The notes beneath the pieces are model-generated. The model was not told where the DNA came from. It did no database searches and was given only the letters and a program-made list of their open reading frames with translations. From the NCBI RefSeq assembly GCF_018350175.1, contig NC_058368.1, positions 30,258,001 to 30,322,000 of the forward strand: a stretch of 64,000 nt of DNA. The letters are read 5' to 3'. The DNA is from Felis catus (lineage: Eukaryota). How positions within the stretch are numbered: the first letter of the stretch is position 1; every line of letters starts with the position of its first letter. Made by a program: the position numbers and the translations under genes. Of this stretch, positions 1 to 12,516 are shown piece after piece.

Positions 1-1585
1 GATGCGTCCCAGGATTGTTGGGGATTCAGAAGGAGAGTGTATGTGAGGGCAATTGGAAAGCCACGCGTGTTCTGCAAATGTGAATGATTACCGTTATCCC
101 AGAGCAGCGTTATGTGAGCACAGGCTGAATTTTTCCGCTAAAAGTTATAGTCAGTCTAGTTTTAAAAGTGTCTGCTCTCAAGCATATTAAAAAGACCTGC
201 GCAGCAACAAGAAGCGAATCCGCAAGTTGCCTGATGCATAGCTTCAAATGTTGGAAGCTCTTGGCTGTGAGACAGGGCTCACTGGCCACCAAAAGCGGCG
301 TCTTCCTAAAATGTAGTCTGGGATCATTTCTTTTACAGAAAGGAACCGTACAAATTACACAACGGTAACCTGACCGCCTGGTCATTATTTTTAGTGACAT
401 TTGCGCAAGATGGCCTCAGACCCCATACAGGATAAGTTGCATTTTGAATGCTGCATTGAAATTTAACATCTATGCTTTCATTATTTTGATGATTTGATTT
501 TTTTGTGCGTGTTTTTTTTTTTTTTGAGAGGGTTTTTTTTTGAGAGGTATGATTTTTGCATTGCTATTTTATTCCCTTTCTGCAAAATCACAGGAAAACT
601 ATCAATTCTGATGCCTCTCTCCCCTGGCAGCATGTTTGAAATATAAAATATTTTCTGGACAGAACATAATATACCACCTTTTGCAGACAATTTATGTCAT
701 TCCTCCTCATCCCCCAACACACACTCAGTTATCCTGTGATGTGTTTGCAACAAAGAAAATTACTGACCCCATGATCCGAACAGCAAAGTGTTCTCAAAAT
801 GTATTGCCTCATCTGTTAGGTTTGATTAAACCATTTATCAGCAAAAAATAAAAATTGCTTTTCTTTGCTGAGTATGTCTGGAGATTCGGGACACTTTGTG
901 GGGCTATTGTCATCTCAGCGTTCGTGGTTGCACTGCATTACCGGTTTATGATAATATGGACGTGAAGTTAAATTAGGAGGAAGGTTGTTTATGCTACTTG
1001 CACTGCTTGTCACGTTAACAGCGCTTATTAATTCTGACTGTGCTGTTGGCTAGATTAGACCACCTATAAGCATTTAGTTGTATAGTTTATATATGTATGT
1101 GCTTCTATTTGCAAAATCATACCATCACTCCTCCGTCCATGATATATATGCATTGAATTTTTTCCCCCAACCATGACATGGATTTATGGTATGTGCTTTC
1201 TCACCTTTGTGAAATTATCTGGCTAAAATAAGGAATGTGGCCAGACATTAAGCAGCGGAGTTTTACCCTGTGTGAAGCTCAGTGACTCTGAGTGCCTCTG
1301 AAATGTTGTTTTCATCTTTTTACCTCTATTCCCTCCTTGAGGAGTTAGTTACTCCAGTGAATATGAATTAGATGGTTGCTGAGTTCGATTCTCTATGACT
1401 CTACAAGGGTTAGGTGGGCCTCACATGTACGGTCAATTTCAGTAAGTTTCCAAGTGAAGTTACACTTGGCGTAGGAGGATTTAAGCAAATTGTTATTCAG
1501 CCCTCATTACAGACAGCGCCAGAAGAGAGTGTGGCATTAATGCCATATATATGTAGCCATAAGATTGAACAAGAGTTGGTTCTTT

Positions 1586-1798
1586 TTTTTAAAAAAAAAT
1601 TTAACGTTTATTCATTTTTGAGAGAGAGAGAGAGAGAGCGGGGAGGGGCAGAGAGAGAGAGGGAGACACAGAATCTGGAGCAGGCTCCAGGCTCTGAGCT
1701 GTTAGCACAGAGCCCGACGCAGGGCTCGAATCACGGACAGAGAGATGGTGACCTGAGCTGAAGTCGGGTGCTTAACCGACTGACCCCCCCAGGTGCCT
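1586..1798 (-). mobile_element. Carnivore tRNA-derived SINE (SINEC_Fc-type, long form)
   Basis: Reverse complement of the Can-SINE head (…caggtgcc), body (gctgttagcacagagcc, caggctccaggctctgag), (GA)n tract and T-rich tail. TSD caagagttg(g/a)ttcttt. Confidence 0.95.
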
Positions 1799-1814
1799 CA
1801 AGAGTTGATTCTTT

Positions 1815-2013
1815 TTTGTTAAAGTTTATTAATTTATTTTAAGAGACAGAGCATGCATGCAAGTAGGAGAGGGGCAGAGAGAGAGGGAGGGAGAGAGAAT
1901 CCCAAGCAGGTCCCATGCTGCGAGCGCAGGACTTGAACTGAGGAACTGTGAGATCATGACTTGAACCAAAACCAAGAGTCGGATGTTCAACTGACTGAGT
2001 CACCCAGGCGCCC
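1815..2013 (-). mobile_element. Carnivore SINE (SINEC, short form)
   Basis: gagaatcccaagcagg…gagatcatgac…actgagtcacccaggcgcccc. Shares its TSD with the preceding SINE. Confidence 0.95.
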
Positions 2014-2039
2014 CAAGAGTTGATGCTTTATGAGGTTTT

Positions 2040-2700
2040 TGGAGAAGTTTTGTAGACAGGATTGGTAACATTTGTTCTTCTGACCTTTATGAAGCAGCCA
2101 CACGGTGCTGAGTTCTGTGCGCATCCTGGGGGTGAGATCGAGGGACGCGGCTCCTGAAGGAGTTTAACAGACTTGCAGGTAAACACTTCCCAGTGACAAC
2201 TGATGTAACTGGGTGTTCAAACTGTAGCGAGAGCATGGGTGTAGGAGAACCACGCTTTCCCTGGGGTGTCAGGGGAGTGATGGGCTAGAACTTGACTTGA
2301 GACTTGCCGGATGATTAGTAGTTGAAGTGGATAATGAAATAAAAGCACCGGCCGGAAGGGAGAAATGTACCAGAGTCTGCAGCAAGAGAGAGTCTGATTG
2401 GTCTGATTGTTCAGTGCTTACTGCCAGGATGCAGGTGTGTTTGCCTGGAGGCAGGGGTGGTTAGGAGGCTGTGGGCTGGGCAGGGTGCAGGTAGCCCGGG
2501 TCAGCCTGATTGCAAAGGACCTTGAGTGCAGGCACAAGAACTCATCCTGTACAAGAGCTGTTTTGTTTGCTTTTGGTGTTGTTTGTTTTTAAGGCAAGAC
2601 AGAGGCTGTGACAGATGGCAGTGGGTGAGGCGATTCTGCACCTCCAGCGGCCTCTCCTGAGTCGCTCTGAGAGCTGGGTGTGCCCTGGAGAACATGGCAG
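2040..2700 (-). mobile_element. Degenerate L2 LINE 3' fragment
   Basis: L2-like motifs (cctgaaggagtttaacag; tggaggcaggggtggttaggaggctgt). Highly diverged. Confidence 0.55.
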
Positions 2701-2769
2701 ATGTGAGTGGGAAAGAGTGGAGATTCCTGCTCGGCAGTTACGGACTATCGCCCGTACCTGAGAAAGGAT

Positions 2770-2900
2770 ATGCTGGAGGAGGTTTACCTGTTCATCTTAC
2801 CATGGAGGAGGACATGGGCTCACAGATGAGGTTAAGGGCCTTCCTCCCAGGTTACAGATCTAGTGGAGTTTGAGGCGGGATTTCATCGAGGTTGACTCAA
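2770..2900 (-). mobile_element. MIR SINE fragment
   Basis: MIR core-like gaggttaagggccttcctcccaggttacagatctagtgg. Confidence 0.55.
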
Positions 2901-3253
2901 TGCACCAGAGCGATTTTCATCTCGTTAAAAAGCCGAAGAGGAGACCAAGGGGGATGGGGTAGGTGAGGATTTATAGCAGACGGGGGAGTGACAAGCTAAG
3001 TGCTGAACGATTGCATGGAATGGAGGAGAAGGGCCCTCAAACGGTGAGATAGAGTAACGGATGGGCATCTGGTAGACATCCTTAGGTTTCTGGTTAAAGA
3101 GCTATCACCTAAAGGGAAGCTTCTGGAGAGTTATGGCACATTTCAGAAGGACATTACAGAAGGACATTTCAGTATGGACACTATGCGTTGATGACAGTAA
3201 GGACTCATTTATCCGTACTCTAGCATCGTGATTTTGAACTGAATGATCTAGCT

Positions 3254-3278
3254 GGGGGGGTGGGGGGGTGGGGTGGGG
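3254..3278 (+). other. G-quadruplex-forming tract
   Basis: G7-T-G7-T-G4-T-G4: four G-runs with 1-nt loops. Confidence 0.6.
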
Positions 3279-3401
3279 ACCAGGAACCCAGTCCTGCTGT
3301 AGCAGAATTTGATGTAACACTGTTCCAGCTTGCCCTTCAAACGTTGGCATTAGTTACTAGAAACACAGGAAGGAGTCTGGACGGCGGACTTGGAGAACGT
3401 G

Positions 3402-3420
3402 CTGCCGCGTGGTGGCGCTA
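3402..3420 (+). promoter_or_regulatory. Candidate CTCF binding site
   Basis: ctgccgcgtggtggcgcta fits the CTCF core CCGCGNGGNGGC followed by GCTA. Local CpGs are retained. Confidence 0.55.
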
Positions 3421-3505
3421 CAGCTTTGCTATTTGACCCACGTAAACTCAATCCTTTGGGAAGGGATAGCTCATATGTTATGCCGCTTTAAAGCACACAG
3501 AGGGT

Positions 3506-3628
3506 GGGGCACCTGGGTGGCTCAGTCGGTTAGTGTCCCGCTCTTGACTTTGGCTTAGGTCATGATCTCACGGTTTATGGGTTAGAGTCCCGCATCAGGC
3601 TCTGTGCTGGCAGTGTGAAGCCTGCTTG

Positions 3629-3674
<46 letters not shown>

Positions 3675-3737
3675 CCTCCCCTGCTTATGTGCGCACACAC
3701 TCTCTCTCTCAAAATAAATAAATAAACTTAAAAAAAA
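3506..3737 (+). mobile_element. Carnivore SINE (SINEC)
   Basis: ggggcacctgggtggctcagtcggtt head, (CT)n, aataaa/A tail. TSD ag(c/t)acacagag. Confidence 0.95.
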
Positions 3738-6199
3738 TAGTACACAGAGCCTATGTCCACAAAAGGGGAAGCATTTCACAGTCAAAACCAACTGGCTGGG
3801 GATAGCAATTCACCACCCGGTGGGCTTTCTCTTTGATCTCTCACACTTGGACTCTTCAGTTCAGACTGAAGAGGTCTGTGATTTGATGACTATGAACTTT
3901 GTTGGTTTTAACGTTTTGGTGAAGCGTGGCTCTCGTCGGGGCCTTCAGTTTGTATCCTTGCTGAGCACATTAGCTTGGCACGTTCTAGAAACTCCTCGCT
4001 TTTCCTCGATACCCTGGAAGCCTCAGTGAGTAAGAGCTGGTATATTAGAGATGGAGAAATGGAGATCACTCCATTTATCATATGCCAAAAATATGAGAAC
4101 ATTTTCTTTCAAAGTTTACTGGGATTTTTTTTAGCGTTTAGCATATCAAGGAAAGGGTTTTAAAGTGAGCTGGAGGTTAAACCATATGCTGCCGTGTTTG
4201 GGTATCTGTATTAATATTTTCCTTGGACACGTTCCCTGTCTTACATAGCTTCTGTAGGGACCAACAGATTTTTTCCTGATCTGTGTGATCCTGAGGACAC
4301 GGCTCGATAGTTGGAGAAACCGATTTGAGCTCCTTGAATACCAGCCTAAACATAAATGTGACAACCTAAGTAGAAATGTCTAATCTTGCACCTACCGCGT
4401 CGTGATAACTTATTGGCAAGTTTCTTCATCACAGCCAAGAAAAAAAAAAAAAAAGAACATCATCAATGCTGATGGCATGGCAGAATAATGGCATAATTGG
4501 ACTGCCAATATTTTAATTGCATTTTTCCTTTAAAATTTTGAAAGTGGGCAAACAACACTCTGTTACGTCTTGCCTTTTTAAAAGCATGCTTCTCTGTCTC
4601 TCTCACTCCCTTTGGTTTGCTTTCCGAAAAACAATCTAGCTGTTGAGTTCTGATTAGAGGTGAGGCACGCTTCAATATGCAGGGATGAGATATTAGAGCA
4701 AAAGATAATGCTTGAAACCACACTTTTAACATTCAATTTCAGTGCTGTCCAGAACAACTATAAAACTGGGGAAAGGTGAGTAATAGATTTGACAGCTATA
4801 CTCCAAAATGGACCTTATTAGTGAAGTATAAATTATAACCAGGCATTTCCTATCAGCACCCCGCGCAGTTAATGATAAGCAGTCAATGAGATTTATATAC
4901 CCTTAGCATTTTTATAATGAGTCTGCTGCTTTGATGACAGTTTACTGTCAAACATTATGCTTAGAAATTTATAGCATTTGATTCAAATGAATAGACAGTT
5001 TAGCTTTATTGCAATCTGTTCTGATTTTCCCTTTTCATGAGGCTCACACTTTTGCTTTTCTCTCTCGCTCTCTTTTTTCCTTCTTCCCCACACTAGGCTG
5101 TTAAACGCTACACTGGAAGTGAAGTTTTGAAGTGGGGGCACATTGACCGGCAGAAAGCGTGTGTTAACTTGAAGGGAAAGGGTTCGATGAATTCCAAGAA
5201 CAGGCATGAGGGGTCTAAAAAGAAGTCATGTTATGCCAAAGTATTAAGAATTTACAAATGCACCAGGGTGGTGGCTGTAGGGAAGCTGTGAAGTGCAGTA
5301 GAAAGCGATTGGGTGGGGGAGGAGGGTCTTGAACTCCATGACGGGGCACTCGTACTCATTAGCGCATAGGGGATAAGGTCTTGTTCCCCCTTGGAAAGAG
5401 CCACGTGTCGGTTCATGGGACTGCCTACTGTGCTGAGGAAAAATGCCCCATAGTGGCTCCTGACAGACTGACTGTGGCTGGAGAGGGCCACCAAGATGAT
5501 CGAGAGGGGCATTCTACAGAGTCCCACTGTCCCCACAGGGTCGTTCTGTCGCATAGTTCAAGCAGACACAGCTGTTGGATCTGATGGCTGCCTCCGCACA
5601 GCAGGGACTGTCACTTCGGGTAACAGGTGCCTGATTTTCAGGAAATAGGACTGCTGTTCGGAAAACGTGGTCTTTCGGGTAGACGGGCTTTGAACACAGG
5701 TGTTTCTCAAAGGTCATAATATTAGAATAGTGTTGATGCAGCGTTTTAAAAATGGCTCAAATGGGCTAAAGGCATTCCAAGCCCTTACCTCCTGTGCTCT
5801 GTGTTCTGTTTCGGACCCTTGAGGCCCACTTCACACTCCCAAACACCCCTGGCTCAGAGGGGTGAGCTGGAAACACCCACTTGTGTCTTGAGGCTCAGGA
5901 TGGCTGCTACCGGCTCTTGTTCCAAGCCCATCTGTCTCTCAACTCGGAAATCTTGACCTTAAAATTTCTTGCGCCTGACCCTTTGGATTTAGTATTGGAT
6001 AATCCTCCAAATGTCTGAGTCTTTGCCTTTTCTGAAAGAACCCAGAGGTGGCTTGTCCCTCTGGCTCTTCATAGACCATGCTACTTCTGGTCAGCATCCC
6101 TTTTGGATTTGGAGTCTAAACCGTGTCAATGACTAATCACTGGTAATTAACCCCAGGGCCCCAGTGAGGACCTACATGTTCAGACACCTGCCATTTTAA

Positions 6200-6420
6200 T
6201 AATGATTTCAATTGTGATAATAACATCATTATCCATTTGAGCCCGACTATGTGCCAGGCTCTGTGCTGGGTATGTTACATATTTTATATTTTAGTCCTTA
6301 TGACAGCCTTGTGATGCGATCTTATTCTCTTCATTTTACAAATAGGGGAACTAAGACTCCGAGGTGGGTCACAGACTCACAGACTCAAATCCAAAACCCA
6401 AGATTGTTTCAGGAATATTA
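6200..6420 (-). mobile_element. MIR SINE
   Basis: actatgtgccaggctctgtgctgg…cattttacaaataggggaactaagactc. Confidence 0.75.
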
Positions 6421-8129
6421 CAACCCTAAGTGGGAGGTGATATAACTCAGAAAAATAAGGAACCCTGATTTCTCATGCCACTATCCATCTTGCTGTCTTG
6501 TTTTGAGGTCTCAGCTGATGAATGTGTCTTTCTTTTTCATGAGGATACTGTGTCATGTGATCATTCTTGCCTCCAAGCTGATTGATGGCAAGTGTTAAAT
6601 AATGCCATGTTTAGGAAAGAGAGGGGGAGAAAGCTTTGGAATTCTCTGTGGCCTGAGTCAGGTGAGTTGGCAGACTAGGTACCAGGGCAGAGGGTTATTC
6701 TGAGCTACTACGTTGGTAATTTTGGTGGGTCCACAGGCGAAGTCCCCATTCTGCTTCTATTGCGGAAAAAACAAGACACTGACGGTGGTGGTTTCCAGCA
6801 GGCACTTGAGTTAGAGCCACATGGTCAAAGCTGGCGTCAGGAGGAGTGGTTGTCAGGGAGAATTATGGAAGCCAGGCAGTGCCATAGTGACAACTTCAGA
6901 AGACATTAAAGGGTCTTGAAAGGGTCATGGACAGAAGGCAACATTTCTCCAGTGTGCCCCAGAGGTCACGTATCTGAAGGCACACAGCCCCAGTGAGTGT
7001 GCAGGATGCTGAGTGGAGGGCTTGGAGCCAGCAAATGAGAGGCACATATTCGGCTGATGGGAGCTTAGATGCAGGCGAGATGTGTGATCAAGTGGTTATT
7101 GCTCAGACTGGGCTAGAAAATCCTTTCTAGCCAAGAACCAATATTCCTTTAATATAGCACAGTATGTGCATGGGGCTGCCTGCCAGTCCTTGGGGCTTTT
7201 AAAGTACAGTATTACCAAAGTCGCTGACATTTTATTCATGGAAGGTGAAAAATAATGCATTGGTTATCAAATGCCTTTTCATAAACATCATATTCATGTA
7301 TTTCATATAGCCTTTCTCCAAGGCTTAAAAAAAACCAACTTGTCCTTAGAAACCAGTCGAGGGCACGTGGAATGCTTCTAAATGAAGATATTAATATTCA
7401 CATTATAGCTAAACCTCACTAATTTGCACTAATGACTGGGAAACCTATTGCAAATTACCAAATTAGTGAGTAAGCCAGCAACCAGGATTTCAAAAAGCTC
7501 AAAGACAGCACCAGAAAATGAACCCTTTTCCATAATTTCATCAATGCAATTGAATTTTAACTACTGAGAGTAATTTGTAGCCTCTATTTTGTCTATCTTG
7601 CAAATCTATGTGCATTTTAAAGAGCAGTGGTGGGGCTATGAAAATAAAATTCATTTTTTACATATGGTTATGGTTAAGAAATATATGTAAAATGGAACAA
7701 ATCAATACCCTTGGAAAAAAAGAAACTGAAGACTTGTCTAAAGGGTTTTTACTCTTTTCATAATTTTTTTTCAATTGTAATACCAGATATAACTGGGTTC
7801 ACTTCTTTTAGTTATCAACCAGAATGTGCAAAAGCTTAATGAAATATTGCACAAAAGACTCATAAGCATCAGTGAGATCTCTCAACTAACCAGGCACCTG
7901 ATTTGTGAAAGAGGTAGTTTTCCAAAGGGCAGTTGTGTGAAAAGGGAAATTGGCAGAAGTGGGGTTAGGGCCGGAGTCGCCGTGTGTGAGCAGCGATGGC
8001 AGCCGGTCTACGTGCTATGACAGTGGAAGGCACCTGATCGGAGCACCTGGAACTGGCTGTGACCTACCAATTAGTATGCTCTGGTTTTTTTCATCTTCTT
8101 AATAAACATTCAGTTTCTTTTCAAGAATT

Positions 8130-8400
8130 CTTTTTAAGAATTAGTTTCAGGTGTGCAATGCAGTGATTCCACACCTCTGGACATCACGCCATCGTACTCA
8201 CTGCTGAGTGTAGCTGCCATCTGTCACCATACAACCCTATTGCGATACCACGGACGGTATTCCTATGCTGAACCTTCCATCCCCGTGACTTATTCATGAC
8301 AACACTGGAAGCCTGTATCTCTCATTCCCCCTCACCTATCCCCCCAGCCCCTCCCCTTGGCAACCATCAGATTGTTCTCTGTATTTATGGGTTTATATCT
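8130..8400 (-). mobile_element. Old L1 3' UTR fragment (L1MA/L1_Carn-like)
   Basis: ttagtttcaggtgtgcaatgcagtgattc…ccatctgtcaccatacaa…ggcaaccatcagattgttctctgtatttatg. Confidence 0.8.
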
Positions 8401-10482
8401 GCTTCTTATTTCCATGTTTGTCAATTCATTGGTAATGAACAGTGACTTTCATGTATTATCTTATATTTGCAATTTTGTATCCTTTTCTTTCATTGTGTAA
8501 GTGTCTGCCCTCACAACACCTGAATCTTCCCTGGTGGTTAGAGCCAAGGGTCTGGACTTGTTCCAAGGACAGTTAATGGAGTGAGAAGAGAATGGACTGA
8601 GGGTAGCATCTGAGACTGTGGGTATTTGAAGAGGAAGAATACTCTAGAAATGGAGAAGGAATGTGCTCTGGGCTCCAAGAGTTCCAGGGATGTGGAGATC
8701 TGTGCCTGCCTTTTCTCTTCTTTCCCCCCCTAGATGGGGTTGCCCTCTATCTTCTCAGAGGCAAGAGTATCTTCGCCTTTCCTGTTCCTCCTGGAAGACC
8801 AGAGCCGCCGCTTGCCTGGATTAGATGGGGGCTGGGCAGAGAATGGGAGTCTATTGACTCCTATCTCAATTTTTGCAGGGTATGTAATAAATACTCAGAA
8901 CCACCTGTGACTTAGAGTTATTTAAACATAACCCCCATTTTGTTCCTCTCCATGGACTTATGGCTCTGCTAGCATTTGTTAAGCTTGATTTTCTTATCTA
9001 ACTTAGAAAGTCAAGTCAGGAAGTACAAACTTCCTGACAGGGGCAAGTGGTCGACTGCGACTAGATCTGGAATTGCTTAGGCGTGGCCAATTCCACGAAG
9101 CCCTGAGGGCAACATGGTGGATGTTGGGAAATGCTGGATCTGGAGAATGTAGGCTAGAATCAGCTGTGCTTCCCCACACATCCTCTTGACCTGAATGGCA
9201 CCGACTTAGAGAGCTCTCTCATTCCTCATTGAACAGGGACTATAAAGCAGGAGATGGCCTCTCTCAGATTAAGTGAGACTGAGGACTAAGAAGACAAGAA
9301 AAAAATCCACCAGCTAGAACCGGTTTTTACCCTTTGCCTTTAAATTACGAACACATTGCAATGAGAGCCCATGAATTTCAGACAGCCCTGGACAAGAAGG
9401 AAATGTACGTCTCACATAAGGATCGGGGATGGGATTTTGCCATAACACACATATAATGGATTACTATAAAGTGTCTCGTCTGTGTATGGTCTAGCCACAT
9501 ACCTTTGAAAGCTAAAATCGAACCATGAAAAAGGCATAAATAATTATTGTATTTAAAGACCTTATCATAGATGAATTATTTGTGTTCGTGGCTAATCTTT
9601 ACTTACACCTAAAATGTGCTGTACTTGACAATCTTATTGAGGCTCTATATTGTTTAAGCAACGAGAAATATGAATAATATTTTTGCAAGGGCCACCGGCT
9701 GTGTTTTTTTGGTTTTTTTTTTTGTTTGTTTAGTGTTAAAATCTTTGAAATAGAAAAGGAAGTAAGGCTTTTATTCCCCCTCATGATTAGTTAAGTGGAA
9801 TTGTATGAGTTTGTTATTTATTTTAAAGCCTCAAGTATTTTGGAGTGTTGAGCTTGTTGGCACTGTATTCTTTCCTCCTCTACTTTGACAGCTTTGATAA
9901 CTTCCTTGGGCTGTTTCCCTGGAGACGATGAGGGTAATGGTCATAACAGGTACACTTAGTCTCCATCACTCTTGTAAGGATGCAGTTGGTGTGAGTGGGT
10001 AAAAACTTCTTATAACGAAATCCCATTCCAATTACTACCGGGTAGAACTTAAAACATCAGCAGAATATGCTGGGAACACTTTAGCATCTTCTTGTCTTCT
10101 CTTTCCCACCTGGCTCAGATACTATTACTTCTCAAATCTTCATCTGGAGGAATCCATCAGTGTCCTTTTTCAAACTCTCTAAAAACACCCTCCAAAGAGG
10201 ATAGGTAATTTTCCTTTCTTCTGAATTTTCGTGGAATTTTAGGTCAAGTTGCACTGTATTTTTAAGAGCCCTCGAGATGCCCATATAAATAGTTGCGTTG
10301 AGTTTAAACACACCTGCTACAATGCATGCATAAACTTAAAATATTCTGTAGGAAGAATAATTGGGGTAATCACTCCTTTGATCAGGAGAGAGGCTGCCCA
10401 AGGTCTCCTCAACACTTCCAAATGTCTGAAAAATCAATGCCCTTAGCTGGTTATATGGAATTTTCACAAAAGGTATTGAAAG

Positions 10483-10698
10483 TTTTTTTTTTTAACGTTT
10501 ATTTATTATTGAGAGACAGAGAGAGACAGAGCATGAGCATGGGAGGGGTAGAGAGAGGGGGAGACACAGAATCGGAAGCAGGCTCCAGGCTCTGAGCTGT
10601 CAGCACAGAGTCCGACGTGGGGCTTAAACTCACAAACCGTGAGATCATGACCTGAGCCAAAGTCGGTCACTCAACCAACTGAGCCACCCAGGCGCCCC
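10483..10698 (-). mobile_element. Carnivore SINE (SINEC_Fc-type)
   Basis: Full-length reverse copy ending gagccacccaggcgcccc. Confidence 0.95.
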
Positions 10699-11509
10699 TT
10701 GGAAGTTCTTATAATACACATTAATAAGTAGGCATGATGAATTGTCTTATGGAGTTGACAACAGAGTGCCAGTTTTTGGAATCTCTCCAGACTGTGACAA
10801 TTTAATCCCATTGATGCCTCGATTCTGTTAGGATGGTAAAGGAGGACTTTCTTTTTGTTGACTTAAGACATCCTTCCATGCAGCAGCACTCTGGCAGAAC
10901 AGTCATATATTCAAGGAGAAAAGAGTCTAGTAGATGTTTCCAGAAATGTTTGCTGAGACTTTGCAATTGGAGTTAGCTGTTTCATCATATTCTATATCCA
11001 CGTTCGGGAATGTTTGAGTCTGATACCTCCTTCTCCCATTTCTTCAGTTTTTTCTTCCAGTTTCCAGATGTGTTTTTAAAAGGAAGGCAAGAGTGGTCTC
11101 ATAGCAATTATCTTTCATTGAAAGACCTTATTCTGCTTCTGTCTTCAACTTCTCTTTCTTAACAGCTTTCCTAGAAAGCAATGAATGAAAATTCTTAAAT
11201 ACCAACAACAAAGGGAAAATTCACTAGTAGTTACCATTTTCTTGATGATCAAACTTCACAACTGAAAATAATTCTCTTAATAAGGAAATACTTTAAGATA
11301 ATGAAAATTGTTTTCTTATTTTGTTTTTCACATTGTTTACTTAACTAAGATTGATTCTATTATCTAGCGACATCATGGTACAGAATTCTGGCATATATGT
11401 TATGGTTAACAGAAATTCATCTAGTTTGCTTATATGGATGCCATCTGCTTATAGGCTAATTTCTCCCACATAAAATCTGAAGAAACATTTAGGGCCATTT
11501 AAACTCAAT

Positions 11510-12000
11510 CCATTCATGAATCAAAACATTGTTTAAGCACCTGCTATAAAGAAGATATGATGCTATCATTTTTAAGGACACAAAGATATGTTACGCATTG
11601 GCCTGCTTTTAAGCAGTTCACAGCTAGCGTAATTATTAAAGACACATAATCACATGAGGTAGTAAGAGAATGTCAAGTCTGACAGTGTGAACTGTCGGAG
11701 GACAGTGAGCTCACGGTGGGCTGCTGCCTTCGAGGAAGACTTCCTGAGTTGTGCTTGATGAATGAGGTCTAAATAAGCTATGGTAGAAGTATGTACAGGT
11801 CTGTAAGAGATAGATACTTCGAAGAGAAGGGAGAGGGGACAGGCTGCAAGTGGGGGGACTGGCAGAATTAAAAATGCGTCAGCAGAACATGGCAGAGAGT
11901 CGGGATTGAGTGGAACCACAGTGAACAGGTCCGTCAACCTGGAGTTGTGGGAATGAACAGAGGAGAGGCGGACCAGATAGCAGACAGTGCTGAAATGCCC
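11510..12000 (-). mobile_element. Degenerate L2 3' fragment
   Basis: cattcatgaatcaaaacattgtttaagcacctgcta… (L2 tail, reverse orientation). Confidence 0.55.
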
Positions 12001-12273
12001 GATCAACTCACTTAAAGGTTATTCAAGCTAGGATTCTCAGCTGTGACTTCAGCAAGTCAGGATAAATAAATTCCCGTCCAAGTGGGAATTAACCCTGTTG
12101 TTTCAGGAATTGATTCAAGTTTTAGTATCACAGACTGGGTCACTAGACAGGTAGCTAATGGTCTTTACCTTGTTCACCGTGCTTTTCACGAGAGCAAATA
12201 AACACATATTATCTGTTCAAAGGGTGTCTACGTACCAGCCAATGTTAATGGTTGTTAGAGGGACATCTTGTCA

Positions 12274-12344
12274 TTTTTACATTTATTTTTTAACGTTTAT
12301 TTATTTATTTTTGAGAGAGAGCGAGTGAGCAGAAGCTGGGGAGG

Positions 12345-12394
<50 letters not shown>

Positions 12395-12516
12395 CCAAAG
12401 CAGGCTACTGGCTCTGAGCTATCAGCACAGAGCCCAATGCAGGGCTCGAACCCTCAAATTGTGAGACCATGACCTGAGCCGAAGACGGACGCTTAACTGA
12501 CTGAGCCACCCAGGTG
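12274..12516 (-). mobile_element. Carnivore SINE (SINEC_Fc-type) with long (GA)n
   Basis: Body and head motifs. TSD gac(a/c)tctt(g/t)tcat. Confidence 0.95.

Noticed and set aside
3138..3172. 13-bp unit repeated about 2.6 times (also a 10-bp duplication near 55681)
   Set aside because: Ordinary slippage duplications with no spacers, so not CRISPR-like.
3506..3590. tRNA-like A/B boxes in SINE heads
   Set aside because: These are tRNA-derived SINE promoters, not tRNA genes.
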